Source of the DNA: Escherichia phage RB43
Direction: 5' to 3' (one strand)
Length of the DNA: 64,000 nucleotides
Sequence record: NC_007023.1
The position numbers and the translations under genes are program-made. Of this stretch, positions 29,262 to 41,037 are shown in pieces (position 1 is the stretch's first letter; the number at the start of each line of letters is the position of its first letter). The notes below the pieces were generated by a model. That model was given only the letters and a program-made list of their open reading frames with translations. It did not search any database and was not told the origin of the DNA.

Positions 29262-29876
29262 ATGATATACACAAAACTTAAAGAATGGTTGCCTCATGAT
29301 CTATACGTTGAGTATGTTGATATCATAACGGCTTCACCAAAAACAGAATACACAGAAAAACATCATATATTACCACGATCGCTATTTCCTGAATTTGAAA
29401 ACGACCCAGACAACTTAGTAGAACTTGATGTGATGAAGCATTTGATGGCTCATAGGACATTAGCAAAAACCAATGACCATAAAATGATTCTCGCGTTTTT
29501 CATGATGTTCACCTACGAACATAAACGTTATTCTACATTGTCAGAACAGGAACAACAATTTATTCTTGAAGAAAAGACAAAAGCCCGTGAAGCAATGCGT
29601 GTTGTTAAAAAAGAACAGATGAAAGGTAAATATGATGGTGAAAACAACCCATTTTACGGAAAACGACATACTGATGAATTTAAGAAAATGATGGGTTCTG
29701 TGCATAAAGGTAAGAAGTTATCACCAGAACATTTAGCAAATCTCGTTGCCGCACACAAAGGCAAAAAACGAGAAAAAGTAAAATGCCCCCATTGTGGGAT
29801 AATGTGCGCCGCTAATACAGCAAAGCGCTGGCACTTCGATAACTGTAAGTCTGGACTTGTCCAGCAGGGGGATTAG
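29262..29876 (+). CDS. free-standing HNH homing endonuclease (NUMOD3-type repeats)
   Basis: EKHHILPRS HNH core; NPFYGKRHTDEFKKMM and HKGKKLSPEH repeats; C-terminal CPHC; inserted between gp14 and gp15; ATG 29262 with AAGAGGA SD. Confidence 0.7.
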   Translation: MIYTKLKEWLPHDLYVEYVDIITASPKTEYTEKHHILPRSLFPEFENDPDNLVELDVMKHLMAHRTLAKTNDHKMILAFFMMFTYEHKRYSTLSEQEQQFILEEKTKAREAMRVVKKEQMKGKYDGENNPFYGKRHTDEFKKMMGSVHKGKKLSPEHLANLVAAHKGKKREKVKCPHCGIMCAANTAKRWHFDNCKSGLVQQGD

Positions 29877-29927
29877 AAAATTTTCGGATATTGGTATAAT
29901 AGTTCGCTGCGTAACTATATCGTTCTT

Positions 29928-30703
29928 ATGGGACAATTGTTTAACCATGTTCAAGTTAAACGAGTGCGTGGCGAACAAGAAAAATTCATTAAGGTTCCGA
30001 TTACCTATGCTTCAAAAGAGAAGTTTCTCGCTTCCATGAACAAACTCAACTACACGTTGAGTCAGGAAAACGTAGCGAAAACGGAAACCATTTTACCGCG
30101 AATGAATCTATCACTGGTGGACCTGCAATATAACGCAATTCGTAAAACCAGTATCGCGGTTAACCAGAAAATGTCGCAGTTACAAGCACCGCGTAAAACG
30201 ATCACACAGTTTAACCCTGTGCCATATCGTCTAATCTTTGAACTGGGTGTGTACACTCGTTACGAAGACGATATGTTTCAGATCGCAGAACAGATTTTGC
30301 CTTATTTTCAACCGCATTTCAACTGCAAGATTACCGAACTGCATAAGAACGAAATCAAAGTTGACCGAGACATCAAAATTAGTCTCCAATCGGTTGCACC
30401 AGATACAACGTTTGAAGGTGATGTTACCCAGCGCCGACACGTTGAATGGTCTTTCATGTTTGAATTACAGGGTTATCTGTACCCGCCTGTGACTGATGTC
30501 AAAGGTGAAATCAGAACAGTATACACGGATTTCTTTGCAAATATGAACCCACTGGACAAGGATAACTTTGAATCAGTGGACAGTCAAGCAGATCCGGTTG
30601 ATTTACCGCTTCAAGATTATACAGGCGAAGAATACATTCAGACTTATTCGCGCAACACGCCGATCCCGTCTGGTGATGAACCTCCGAAGCCGAGGGGAAC
30701 ATA

Positions 30704-30704
<1 letters not shown>
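29928..30704 (+). CDS. 15: tail sheath stabiliser / tail terminator gp15
   Basis: KFIKVPITYASKE, TILPRMNL, YTRYEDDMFQIAEQILPYFQPHFN match T4 gp15. Confidence 0.85.
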
Positions 30705-33038
<2,334 letters not shown>

Positions 33039-33055
33039 ATTAGAGGAAATCTATA

Positions 33056-35050
33056 ATGGCTTTACAATCTCCAGGTATTGAAACCAAAGAAACATCGGTA
33101 CAATCTACCGTTGTTCGAAATTCAACTGGTCGCGCTGCCATTGTTGGTAAATTTTCATGGGGGCCAGCTTATCAGATCCGTCAGATTTCTAATGAAGTCG
33201 AACTGGTAAACTATTTTGGTGCTCCAGACAACCTAACCGCTGACTATTTCATGAGTGCTGTTAACTTCTTGCAGTACGGTAATGATCTCCGTCTGGTTCG
33301 TGTTGTTGATAAAGATGCCGCAAAAAACGCAAGCGCAATTTTTAACCAGATTAAAACAACTATCGCATCACAGGGTTCTAACTATAACGTTGGCGACGTG
33401 ATCAAGGTAAAATATAGCAACACCGTAGTAGAAGAAAACGGTAAAGTAACTCAGGTTGACAGTAACGGTAAGATCCTTGCGGTAACTATCCCCAAGCGAA
33501 AAAAATCGTTGCTCGTGCTAAACAGATCGGTACTTACCCAGATATTTCTACTGGTTGGAACTACTGAAATTGTTTCTCAGTCTTCCGGTGTATCTGCGTC
33601 AATCACGATCGATGGTATCGAAAGCGATTCTGGGATCACTCTGTTGAACCTGGACATTGCAAAAGAAACCATTCAGGGAACTTCGTTCCAGACGCTGACC
33701 CAGAAATATCAGATCCCGTCTGTTGTGGCTCTGTATCCTGGTGAACTGGGTTCTACTGTACAGGTAGAGATCATTTCCAAAGCTGCTTACGACACTGGCG
33801 CTATGATTTCCGGCTATCCTTCTGGGATCTCCGTTAAAAACAGCGGTCGTTCTGTGATGACCTATGGTCCACAAACCGATAATCAGTACGCTTTTGTTGT
33901 GCGTCGTGGTGGTATTGTACAAGAATCTTTCATCGTGTCAACCGATAAAACCGATAAAGATATCTATGGCGTAAATATCTACATGGATGACTTTTTCGCG
34001 AACGGTGGTTCTCAGTACGTATTCGGTACTTCTATGAACTGGCCTAAAGGTTTCTCCGGTATTCTGGAATTTGGCGGCGGTCTGTCTTCAAACGACACCG
34101 TAGGCGCTGATGAACTGATGACGGGTTGGGATATGTTCGCAGACCGCGAAGCCTTACACGTTCCGCTGCTGATTGCAGGTGGCTGTGCTGGTGAAAGCGT
34201 GGAAATCGCTTCTACTGTTCAGAAACATGTTATTTCAATCGGTGATGAACGTCAAGACTGTACGGTTTTCGTATCGCCTCCGCGCTCTCTTCTGGTTAAT
34301 ATTCCGCTGGCAACTGCGGTTGATAACATCGTTGAATGGCGTACTGGTTATAAAATCAGTGGTGGTACTCCGGTAGACAATAACCTGAACGTAAGTTCAA
34401 GCTATGGCTTCCTGGATGGTAACTATAAATATCAGTATGATAAATACAATGACGTGAACCGTTGGGTTCCGCTGGCAGGTGATATCGCTGGCCTGTGTGT
34501 TTACACTGATAGCGTTGCTAACCCGTGGATGTCTCCGGCTGGTTATAACCGTGGTCAGATCCGTAACTGTATTAAACTGGCTATTGAACCGCGCACAGCA
34601 CACCGTGACGCGATGTATCAGGTTCAGATTAACCCGGTAACTGGTTTTGCAGGTGGCTCTGGTTTCGTTCTGTACGGTGATAAAACACTGACTAGCGTTC
34701 CAAGTCCGTTCGATCGCATAAACGTTCGTCGCTTGTTCAACATGATCAAGAAAGACATTGGCGATAATGCGAAATACAAACTGTTCGAAAACAACGACGA
34801 TTTCACCCGTGCTTCGTTCCGTATGGATACTGGTCAGTACATGACGAATATTCGTGCGCTGGGTGGTTGCTATGATTACCGTGTAATCTGCGACACCACG
34901 AACAACACACCAGACGTAATCGATCGTAACGAGTTTGTAGCGACTGTTTACGTGAAACCGCCTCGTTCTATCAACTACATCACTCTGAACTTCGTAGCAA
35001 CGTCTACAGGTGCGGATTTCGATGAATTGGTAGGCCCACAAGCCGTATAA
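33056..35050 (+). CDS. 18: tail sheath protein gp18 (about 22-codon segment out of frame relative to T4)
   Basis: Strong match to T4 gp18 throughout except codons at 33494-33562, where the alternative frame gives the conserved AKKIVARAKQIGTYPDISTGW. Confidence 0.9.
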   Translation: MALQSPGIETKETSVQSTVVRNSTGRAAIVGKFSWGPAYQIRQISNEVELVNYFGAPDNLTADYFMSAVNFLQYGNDLRLVRVVDKDAAKNASAIFNQIKTTIASQGSNYNVGDVIKVKYSNTVVEENGKVTQVDSNGKILAVTIPKRKKSLLVLNRSVLTQIFLLVGTTEIVSQSSGVSASITIDGIESDSGITLLNLDIAKETIQGTSFQTLTQKYQIPSVVALYPGELGSTVQVEIISKAAYDTGAMISGYPSGISVKNSGRSVMTYGPQTDNQYAFVVRRGGIVQESFIVSTDKTDKDIYGVNIYMDDFFANGGSQYVFGTSMNWPKGFSGILEFGGGLSSNDTVGADELMTGWDMFADREALHVPLLIAGGCAGESVEIASTVQKHVISIGDERQDCTVFVSPPRSLLVNIPLATAVDNIVEWRTGYKISGGTPVDNNLNVSSSYGFLDGNYKYQYDKYNDVNRWVPLAGDIAGLCVYTDSVANPWMSPAGYNRGQIRNCIKLAIEPRTAHRDAMYQVQINPVTGFAGGSGFVLYGDKTLTSVPSPFDRINVRRLFNMIKKDIGDNAKYKLFENNDDFTRASFRMDTGQYMTNIRALGGCYDYRVICDTTNNTPDVIDRNEFVATVYVKPPRSINYITLNFVATSTGADFDELVGPQAV

Positions 35051-35096
35051 CGTCAAGGGGGCTGAAAAGCCCCCATAAATAATCCGAGGTTAAAAA

Positions 35097-35582
35097 ATGC
35101 TTACTGACATTTTACGTGCCTTTGAATCCGGCGATTTCGCACGTCCGAACTTGTTCGAAGTAGAGATCCCGTATCTGGGCAAAAATTTTAGATTCAAATG
35201 TAAAGCGGCAACCATGCCAGCGGCTACAGTTGAAAAAGTTCCCGTAGGCTACCAGAACCGCAAAATAAACGTTGCTGGCGACCGTACCTATGACGATTGG
35301 ACAATCACAATCTATAACGATGACGCGCATAATACGCGTGATGCCCTGGTAGCATGGTCAAACATGATGCACGGAATGGGTGATCAGATTAGTGGTGATA
35401 TTCCAGCGAACTACAAGAAAACCGCTACGGTTAAACAGAAAAACCGTAACGATGAAATTACCGCTGAACATACCATTCATGGCCTTTTCCCGACCAACGT
35501 TGGTGAAGTAACCCTTGATTGGGACAGCAACAACGAAATCTCAACCTTTGAGTGTACGTTTGCGCTGGATTGGTGGGAATAA
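35097..35582 (+). CDS. 19: tail tube protein gp19
   Basis: 161 aa; synteny after gp18. Confidence 0.9.
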   Translation: MLTDILRAFESGDFARPNLFEVEIPYLGKNFRFKCKAATMPAATVEKVPVGYQNRKINVAGDRTYDDWTITIYNDDAHNTRDALVAWSNMMHGMGDQISGDIPANYKKTATVKQKNRNDEITAEHTIHGLFPTNVGEVTLDWDSNNEISTFECTFALDWWE

Positions 35583-35587
35583 AGAGT

Positions 35588-35595
35588 TATAAATA
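35588..35595 (+). promoter_or_regulatory. T4-type late promoter box TATAAATA
   Basis: Exact TATAAATA upstream of gp20, followed by a hairpin. Confidence 0.45.
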
Positions 35596-35636
35596 CAGGG
35601 GTAGCAATACCCCTATCATTATTTTTCGGAGTTACT

Positions 35637-37211
35637 ATGAACTTTTTGGGCTTTGGCAATGTACTTAGCTTTTTCAAGAATTTCGCCCGTGAGGATGAAA
35701 TTGAACTTGAACAGCAATTAAAAAATGATACAGGTTCGGTCGCGCCTCCTAAAAATAATGATGGTGCATATGAAATTGAAACCGACCTGAATAACCAGAA
35801 ATATGCTGGTGTATTTCAGCAGTTTTATTCTGGACAAGATCCGGCGATTCAGAACAAAGAACAATTAATCAATACCTATCGCGGTATCATGTCTTATCCA
35901 GAAGTTGAAAACGCTGTTTCAGAAATTATTGACGATGCGATCGTTAATGAACAGGGTAAAGATATCATTACAATGGATTTGGCTAAGACTAATTTTAGTA
36001 AAGCAATCCAGGATAAGATCGTTGAAGAGTTTGACAACGTTCTAAATATCTATGACTTTGATAACATGGGCGCTCGCTTGTTCCGTGATTGGTATGTGGA
36101 TTCTCGAATCTACTTCCATAAAATCATGCACAAAGACGAGTCCAAAGGTATCCGTGAATTGCGCCAACTTGATCCGCGCTGCATGGAACTGATCCGCGAA
36201 TCTATCACAGAAACCCTTGACGGTGGCGTGAAAGTATTCCGTGGTTATCGCGAATTTTTTGTGTATAGCGCACCGAAAGCGGGCTATACATACAACGGGC
36301 AGATCTACCAGGCTAACCAGAAAATTAAAATCCCGCGTTCCGCTATCGTGTACGCACATTCTGGTCTGGAAGATTGCAGCAACAACATTATCGGATATCT
36401 GCACCGCGCTGTCAAGCCAGCAAACCAATTACGTTTGTTGGAGGATGCGATGGTCATTTACCGCATCACCCGCGCACCTGAACGCCGTGTGTTCTATATC
36501 GACGTAGGTCAGATGGGTGGCAACAAAGCTACACAGTATGTAAATAACATTGCACAGGGGCTTAAAAACCGCGTTGTGTACGATGCTCGCACGGGTACTG
36601 TGAAGAACCAGCAAAACAACCTGTCTATGACAGAAGATTACTGGTTGATGCGTCGTGACGGTAAAGCGATCACAGAAGTTTCTACACTGCCTGGCGGTCA
36701 GAACTTCTCTGATATGGACGATATCAAATGGTTTAACCGTAAGCTCTATGAAGCACTGCGTGTGCCGTTAAGCCGTATGCCTCGCGATGATGGGGGTATG
36801 CAAATTGGTGGGGGTGGTGAAATCACCCGTGATGAACTGAAATTTAGTAAGTTTATCCGCACACTGCAAATTCAGTTCAGCCCTGTGCTTTCCGATCCGT
36901 TAAAAACTAACCTGATCGCGAAGAAAATTATCACAGAGGATGAATGGGAAGAAAACGTAAGTAAAATTTCGTTTGTATTCCAGCAAGATTCATATTATGC
37001 CGAAGTTAAAGACATCGAAATACTTGAGCGTCGTCTGAATCTAATGTCTCAGGTTGAAGGTGTGGTCGGGAAATATGTCTCCCATAAATACATTATGAAA
37101 GAGATTCTTCGAATGTCCGACGAGGATATTGATGAACAGGCGAAACTGATCGAAGAAGAATCTAAAGAAGAACGTTTTAAAAATCCAGAAGCGGAAGAGG
37201 AAAACTTTTGA
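35637..37211 (+). CDS. 20: portal vertex protein gp20
   Basis: 524 aa; SGLEDC..IIGYLHRAVKPANQLRLLEDA, RITRAPERRV, TEDYWLMRRDGKA match T4 gp20. Confidence 0.9.
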   Translation: MNFLGFGNVLSFFKNFAREDEIELEQQLKNDTGSVAPPKNNDGAYEIETDLNNQKYAGVFQQFYSGQDPAIQNKEQLINTYRGIMSYPEVENAVSEIIDDAIVNEQGKDIITMDLAKTNFSKAIQDKIVEEFDNVLNIYDFDNMGARLFRDWYVDSRIYFHKIMHKDESKGIRELRQLDPRCMELIRESITETLDGGVKVFRGYREFFVYSAPKAGYTYNGQIYQANQKIKIPRSAIVYAHSGLEDCSNNIIGYLHRAVKPANQLRLLEDAMVIYRITRAPERRVFYIDVGQMGGNKATQYVNNIAQGLKNRVVYDARTGTVKNQQNNLSMTEDYWLMRRDGKAITEVSTLPGGQNFSDMDDIKWFNRKLYEALRVPLSRMPRDDGGMQIGGGGEITRDELKFSKFIRTLQIQFSPVLSDPLKTNLIAKKIITEDEWEENVSKISFVFQQDSYYAEVKDIEILERRLNLMSQVEGVVGKYVSHKYIMKEILRMSDEDIDEQAKLIEEESKEERFKNPEAEEENF

Positions 37212-37459
37212 TGAAAGAATTTATCGAAGCAATCAAAAGCGGCGATCTGGTGGAGGCTAAAAAGCAATTTTACTCCATCATGGAAGACCGTACCGAAGCC
37301 CTTCGCCAAGAAATGCGCGTTGAAATTGCAGAAGCAGTACGAATCGAAGGTGAAACCGACGAAGACGACAGCGACGACGACAAAGACGACAAAGAAAATG
37401 GCGACGGCGACAAAGAAAAAGACAAAAAGCCGTCTGATAAAGACGACAAAGACGAATAA
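37208..37459 (+). CDS. 67: prohead core protein gp67
   Basis: 83 aa, acidic tail; position after portal. Confidence 0.75.
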   Translation: MMKEFIEAIKSGDLVEAKKQFYSIMEDRTEALRQEMRVEIAEAVRIEGETDEDDSDDDKDDKENGDGDKEKDKKPSDKDDKDE

Positions 37460-37471
37460 GAGGTGTAAATA

Positions 37472-37879
37472 ATGCAACTCGAACTCGAAGAAATTAGTGT
37501 TGAAGAACTCGAACCCCATTTAACCGAAGCGAAAGCCCGTGTTGATATTCTGGGGATCGATGAAGCCACTATTAAGATCATCGAAAATTTGGCGGTCGAT
37601 GAACCTCATTTAGCACTTGCGATGATGTCCATTGTCGAGGGTTTGAGTTTAGATGAAGTCATTGTTAAACACGTTGATTCTCGTGGTAATGTTGAGCGTC
37701 GAAAAGACCGCAAAACCCGTGAACGTAACGCGTATCAAACAACTGGCCTTACTAAGTCTCAACGTCGCCAAATCGCGCGTCGTGCTATGAAAACGAAACG
37801 TGCAAATCCTTCTATTACAACCCGCGCACAACGTAAGCGCAAAAAAGCGCTCCGTAAACGCGCCGCATTGGGGCTATAA
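37472..37879 (+). CDS. 68: prohead core protein gp68
   Basis: 135 aa, basic C-terminus; synteny. Confidence 0.75.
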   Translation: MQLELEEISVEELEPHLTEAKARVDILGIDEATIKIIENLAVDEPHLALAMMSIVEGLSLDEVIVKHVDSRGNVERRKDRKTRERNAYQTTGLTKSQRRQIARRAMKTKRANPSITTRAQRKRKKALRKRAALGL

Positions 37880-37881
37880 AT

Positions 37882-38529
37882 ATGAATGAATCCCAACTCA
37901 ATGAAAACGGCGATATGCTGCTAATCGAGGAATGGGGTTTACCTTGTGCGGATATTTCTGATTCTATTTTGGAATCGGTCGGAACGTCGAAAGACGGTAA
38001 ACTTAGGATTGAAGGTATTTTCCTGCAAGCCGAAAAAGTTAACCGAAATAAACGACTGTATCCGAAAAAAGTATTAGAAGAAGCAGTAAATGACTATATC
38101 AGAACTCAGGTTAATACCCGTCAAGCTCTGGGTGAAATGAATCACCCGCCGCGACCGAACGTCGATCCGCGTAATGCTTGCATCCTCATTGAAAAAATGT
38201 GGTGGAAGGGTAATGACGTTTGGGGCCGTGCTGTTGTTGTCGAAGGTGACAATGGTGATGGTGATAAACTTGCAGCGTTAATTCGTGCTGGTTGGGTTCC
38301 TGGTGTTTCTTCTCGCGGATTAGGTAAACTTGCCGATTCTGGTAAAGGTTACGGTATCGTACAAGAAGGTTTTAAATTGGCAGTAGGTGTTGATGTTGTT
38401 TGGGGGCCAAGCGCTCCAGATGCTTACGTTAAGCCAATTACCGAATCTCAGCAGACAAAACCGCTTGTTGAGAATATTAGTGCTGATGACGCTTTCAGAA
38501 AACTTTCTGAACGTTTGAAAGGTCTATAA
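37882..38529 (+). CDS. 21: prohead core protease gp21
   Basis: NRNKRLYPK, NHPPRPNVDP, MWWKGNDVWGRA, GWVPGVSSRGLG match T4 gp21. Confidence 0.9.
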   Translation: MNESQLNENGDMLLIEEWGLPCADISDSILESVGTSKDGKLRIEGIFLQAEKVNRNKRLYPKKVLEEAVNDYIRTQVNTRQALGEMNHPPRPNVDPRNACILIEKMWWKGNDVWGRAVVVEGDNGDGDKLAALIRAGWVPGVSSRGLGKLADSGKGYGIVQEGFKLAVGVDVVWGPSAPDAYVKPITESQQTKPLVENISADDAFRKLSERLKGL

Positions 38530-38532
38530 ATA
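38525..38532 (+). promoter_or_regulatory. T4-type late promoter box TATAAATA
   Basis: Exact TATAAATA about 28 nt upstream of gp22 ATG. Confidence 0.45.
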
Positions 38533-38559
38533 ATATCATATCAAACAGGAAACTTAGAA

Positions 38560-39348
38560 ATGCTAAAAGAACAACTGTTGGCAGAAGCCCAGAACCTGGA
38601 TACCCCAGTTGAGTTAGACAGCATTTTCGAATCAGTTGAACTTTCTGATGAAGTGAAAGCGAATTTCACCACTGTATTCGAACAAGCTGTAAAAGCAAAC
38701 GCTGTTAAACTCGCTGAATCCCATATCAATCAGATCGCGGAACGTTCCGACGAATTGGTTGAAGCCCAGGTTGCCGAAAAAGCTGGCGAAATCGAAACAC
38801 GACTGTACGAAGATGCAAATAAATACTTCGACCACATCGCGCAAGAATGGCTCTCTGAAAATAAAGAAGCCGTATCCCGCGATATTAAGGCCGACCTATT
38901 CGAATCTCTGGTTACTGGCATGAAAGAATTGTTCGTTGATCACAACGTAATTATTCCAGAAGCCCAGGTTGATGTTGTTGCAGAACTCGAAGATGAACTG
39001 ACCGAAAATCAGCAGGAAGTTAAACGCCTGTTCGAAGCAAATCAGGCTCAGGCTAAAGAGATCGCCAACATGAAACGCGATACCATCGTTTCAGAAAAAA
39101 CCAAAGATTTAACTGAATCTCAGGTTGAGAAAGTTCACAATCTGATCGAAGGTTTGGAATATTCCGACAAGTTCGAATCCAAACTGACCGCAATTGTCGA
39201 AATGGTAGCGACTAAAGCGGAAAAACAGGTTGACGAGAGTACCACTACTCAGACAACCAAAGACGATTTTGTTCCGGTGAATGAAAACACTCCGGCAGAG
39301 AAATCGAAGATCAATAAATATGTTGAAGCGGCTAAACGCCTTTCCTAA
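38560..39348 (+). CDS. 22: prohead core scaffold protein gp22
   Basis: 262 aa acidic coiled-coil; synteny. Confidence 0.8.
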   Translation: MLKEQLLAEAQNLDTPVELDSIFESVELSDEVKANFTTVFEQAVKANAVKLAESHINQIAERSDELVEAQVAEKAGEIETRLYEDANKYFDHIAQEWLSENKEAVSRDIKADLFESLVTGMKELFVDHNVIIPEAQVDVVAELEDELTENQQEVKRLFEANQAQAKEIANMKRDTIVSEKTKDLTESQVEKVHNLIEGLEYSDKFESKLTAIVEMVATKAEKQVDESTTTQTTKDDFVPVNENTPAEKSKINKYVEAAKRLS

Positions 39349-39369
39349 TCTTTTATAAGGTAAGAAACA

Positions 39370-40944
39370 ATGTCTAAGAAAAACGAATTGATGGAAAAAT
39401 GGAACGATCTTCTGGAATCTCAGGAAGGTTTACCGGATATCGCTACCAAATCCAAAAAACAACTGGTTGCTGCCATTCTGGAAGCCCAGGAAAAAGACGC
39501 TGAAACCGATCCGGTTTATCGCGACGAAAAAATCGTGGAATCCTTCGGTGGTTTCCTGGCCGAAGCAGAAATTGCTGGCGACCACAACTATGACCAGACT
39601 AACATCGCGTCTGGTAAATCCAGCGGTGCTATCACCAACATCGGTCCTGCTGTAATCGGTATGGTTCGCCGTGCGATCCCTAACCTGATTGCATTCGACA
39701 TTTGCGGTGTTCAGCCTATGACTGGCCCTACTGGTCAGGTGTTCGCTCTCCGTGCTGTCTACGGTAAAGATCCTCTGGCTGGCGGTACTCCGGCAGATGT
39801 TCGTGAAGCGTTCCATCCGATGTTTGCCCCGGATACCATGTATTCTGGTGAAGGTGCTCACACCGCATTCGCGAAAATCACCACTGGTACAGCGATCGCT
39901 ACTGGCGCTATCGTATACCACATTTTCCAGGAAACTGGTATTGCATACTTCCAGAACGTTACCTCCGGCAACGTGACTGTAACTGGTGCTGATCCGGCTG
40001 CTCTGGATGCTGCTGTAATCGCAGAGAACGAAAAAGGTACTCTGGCTGAAATCTCTGTTGGTATGGCTACCAGTGTAGCAGAACTGCAAGAGAACTTCAA
40101 CGGTTCTAGCGCTAACCCGTGGAACGAAATGGCTTTCCGTATCGACAAACAGGTTATCGAAGCCCGTAGCCGCCAACTGAAAGCACAGTATTCTGTTGAA
40201 CTGGCACAGGATCTTCGCGCTGTTCACGGTATGGATGCTGACGCAGAACTGTCTGCAATTCTGGCAACTGAAATCATGCTGGAAATCAACCGCGAAATCG
40301 TTGATCTGATCAACTATACCGCTCAGGTTGGTAAATCTGGTTTCACCCAGACCGTAGGCTCTAAAGCTGGTTCCTTCGACTTCCAAGATCCGGTAGATAT
40401 TCGCGGCGCTCGTTGGGCTGGTGAAAGCTACAAGGCTCTGCTGATTCAGATCGACAAAGAAGCAAACGAAATCGCACGTCAGACAGGCCGTGGTGCTGGT
40501 AACTTCATCATCGCTTCCCGTAACGTGGTTTCCGCTCTGGCTCGTATCGACAGCGGCATCACTCCGGCAAGTCAAGGTCTCCAGAAGACTCTGAACGTTG
40601 ATACCACGAAAGCAGTATTCGCTGGTGTTCTGGGTGGCACTTACAAAGTGTACATTGACCAGTACGCACGTCAGGATTACTTCACCGTTGGCTTCAAGGG
40701 CGACAACGAAATGGATGCTGGTATCTACTACGCGCCATACGTTGCACTGACCCCGCTGCGTGGTTCTGATCCGAAGAACTTCCAGCCAGTAATGGGCTTC
40801 AAAACTCGTTACGGTATCGGTATCAACCCGTTTGCGAACTCTCGCTCTCAGGCTCCGGCAGATCGTATCACCTCTGGTATGATCAGCAAAGAAATGTGCG
40901 GTAAAAACGCATACTTCCGTAAGGTCTGGGTTAAAGGTCTGTAA
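39370..40944 (+). CDS. 23: major capsid protein gp23
   Basis: Near-colinear with T4 gp23 (GPAVIGMVRRAIPNLIAFDICGVQPM, DAGIYYAPYVALTPLRGSDPKNFQPVMGFKTRYGIGINPFA). Confidence 0.95.
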   Translation: MSKKNELMEKWNDLLESQEGLPDIATKSKKQLVAAILEAQEKDAETDPVYRDEKIVESFGGFLAEAEIAGDHNYDQTNIASGKSSGAITNIGPAVIGMVRRAIPNLIAFDICGVQPMTGPTGQVFALRAVYGKDPLAGGTPADVREAFHPMFAPDTMYSGEGAHTAFAKITTGTAIATGAIVYHIFQETGIAYFQNVTSGNVTVTGADPAALDAAVIAENEKGTLAEISVGMATSVAELQENFNGSSANPWNEMAFRIDKQVIEARSRQLKAQYSVELAQDLRAVHGMDADAELSAILATEIMLEINREIVDLINYTAQVGKSGFTQTVGSKAGSFDFQDPVDIRGARWAGESYKALLIQIDKEANEIARQTGRGAGNFIIASRNVVSALARIDSGITPASQGLQKTLNVDTTKAVFAGVLGGTYKVYIDQYARQDYFTVGFKGDNEMDAGIYYAPYVALTPLRGSDPKNFQPVMGFKTRYGIGINPFANSRSQAPADRITSGMISKEMCGKNAYFRKVWVKGL

Positions 40945-40957
40945 TCGACTTTACACT

Positions 40958-40990
40958 AAAAGGCAACCTACGGGTTGCCTTTTTTGTTTG
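40958..40990 (+). terminator. rho-independent terminator (GGCAACC-TACG-GGTTGCC plus T-run)
   Basis: Perfect 7-bp stem and TTTTTTGTTT after gp23 stop. Confidence 0.7.
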
Positions 40991-41037
40991 TGTAAATAGA
41001 TACAGGTAAAACACCATATAATTCAGGAACCATAGAA

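Noticed and set aside
34397-35056. 219-aa minus-strand ORF
   Set aside because: Antisense to tail sheath gp18; no independent support
37875-37882. TATAAATA box overlapping the gp21 start codon
   Set aside because: A transcript from here would begin inside gp21; probably coincidental in AT-rich sequence or serves only downstream genes
39430-40575. 381-aa minus-strand ORF
   Set aside because: Antisense to the highly conserved major capsid gene gp23; low-complexity Ser/Thr/Arg-rich translation, no RBS; artefact of an open antisense frame
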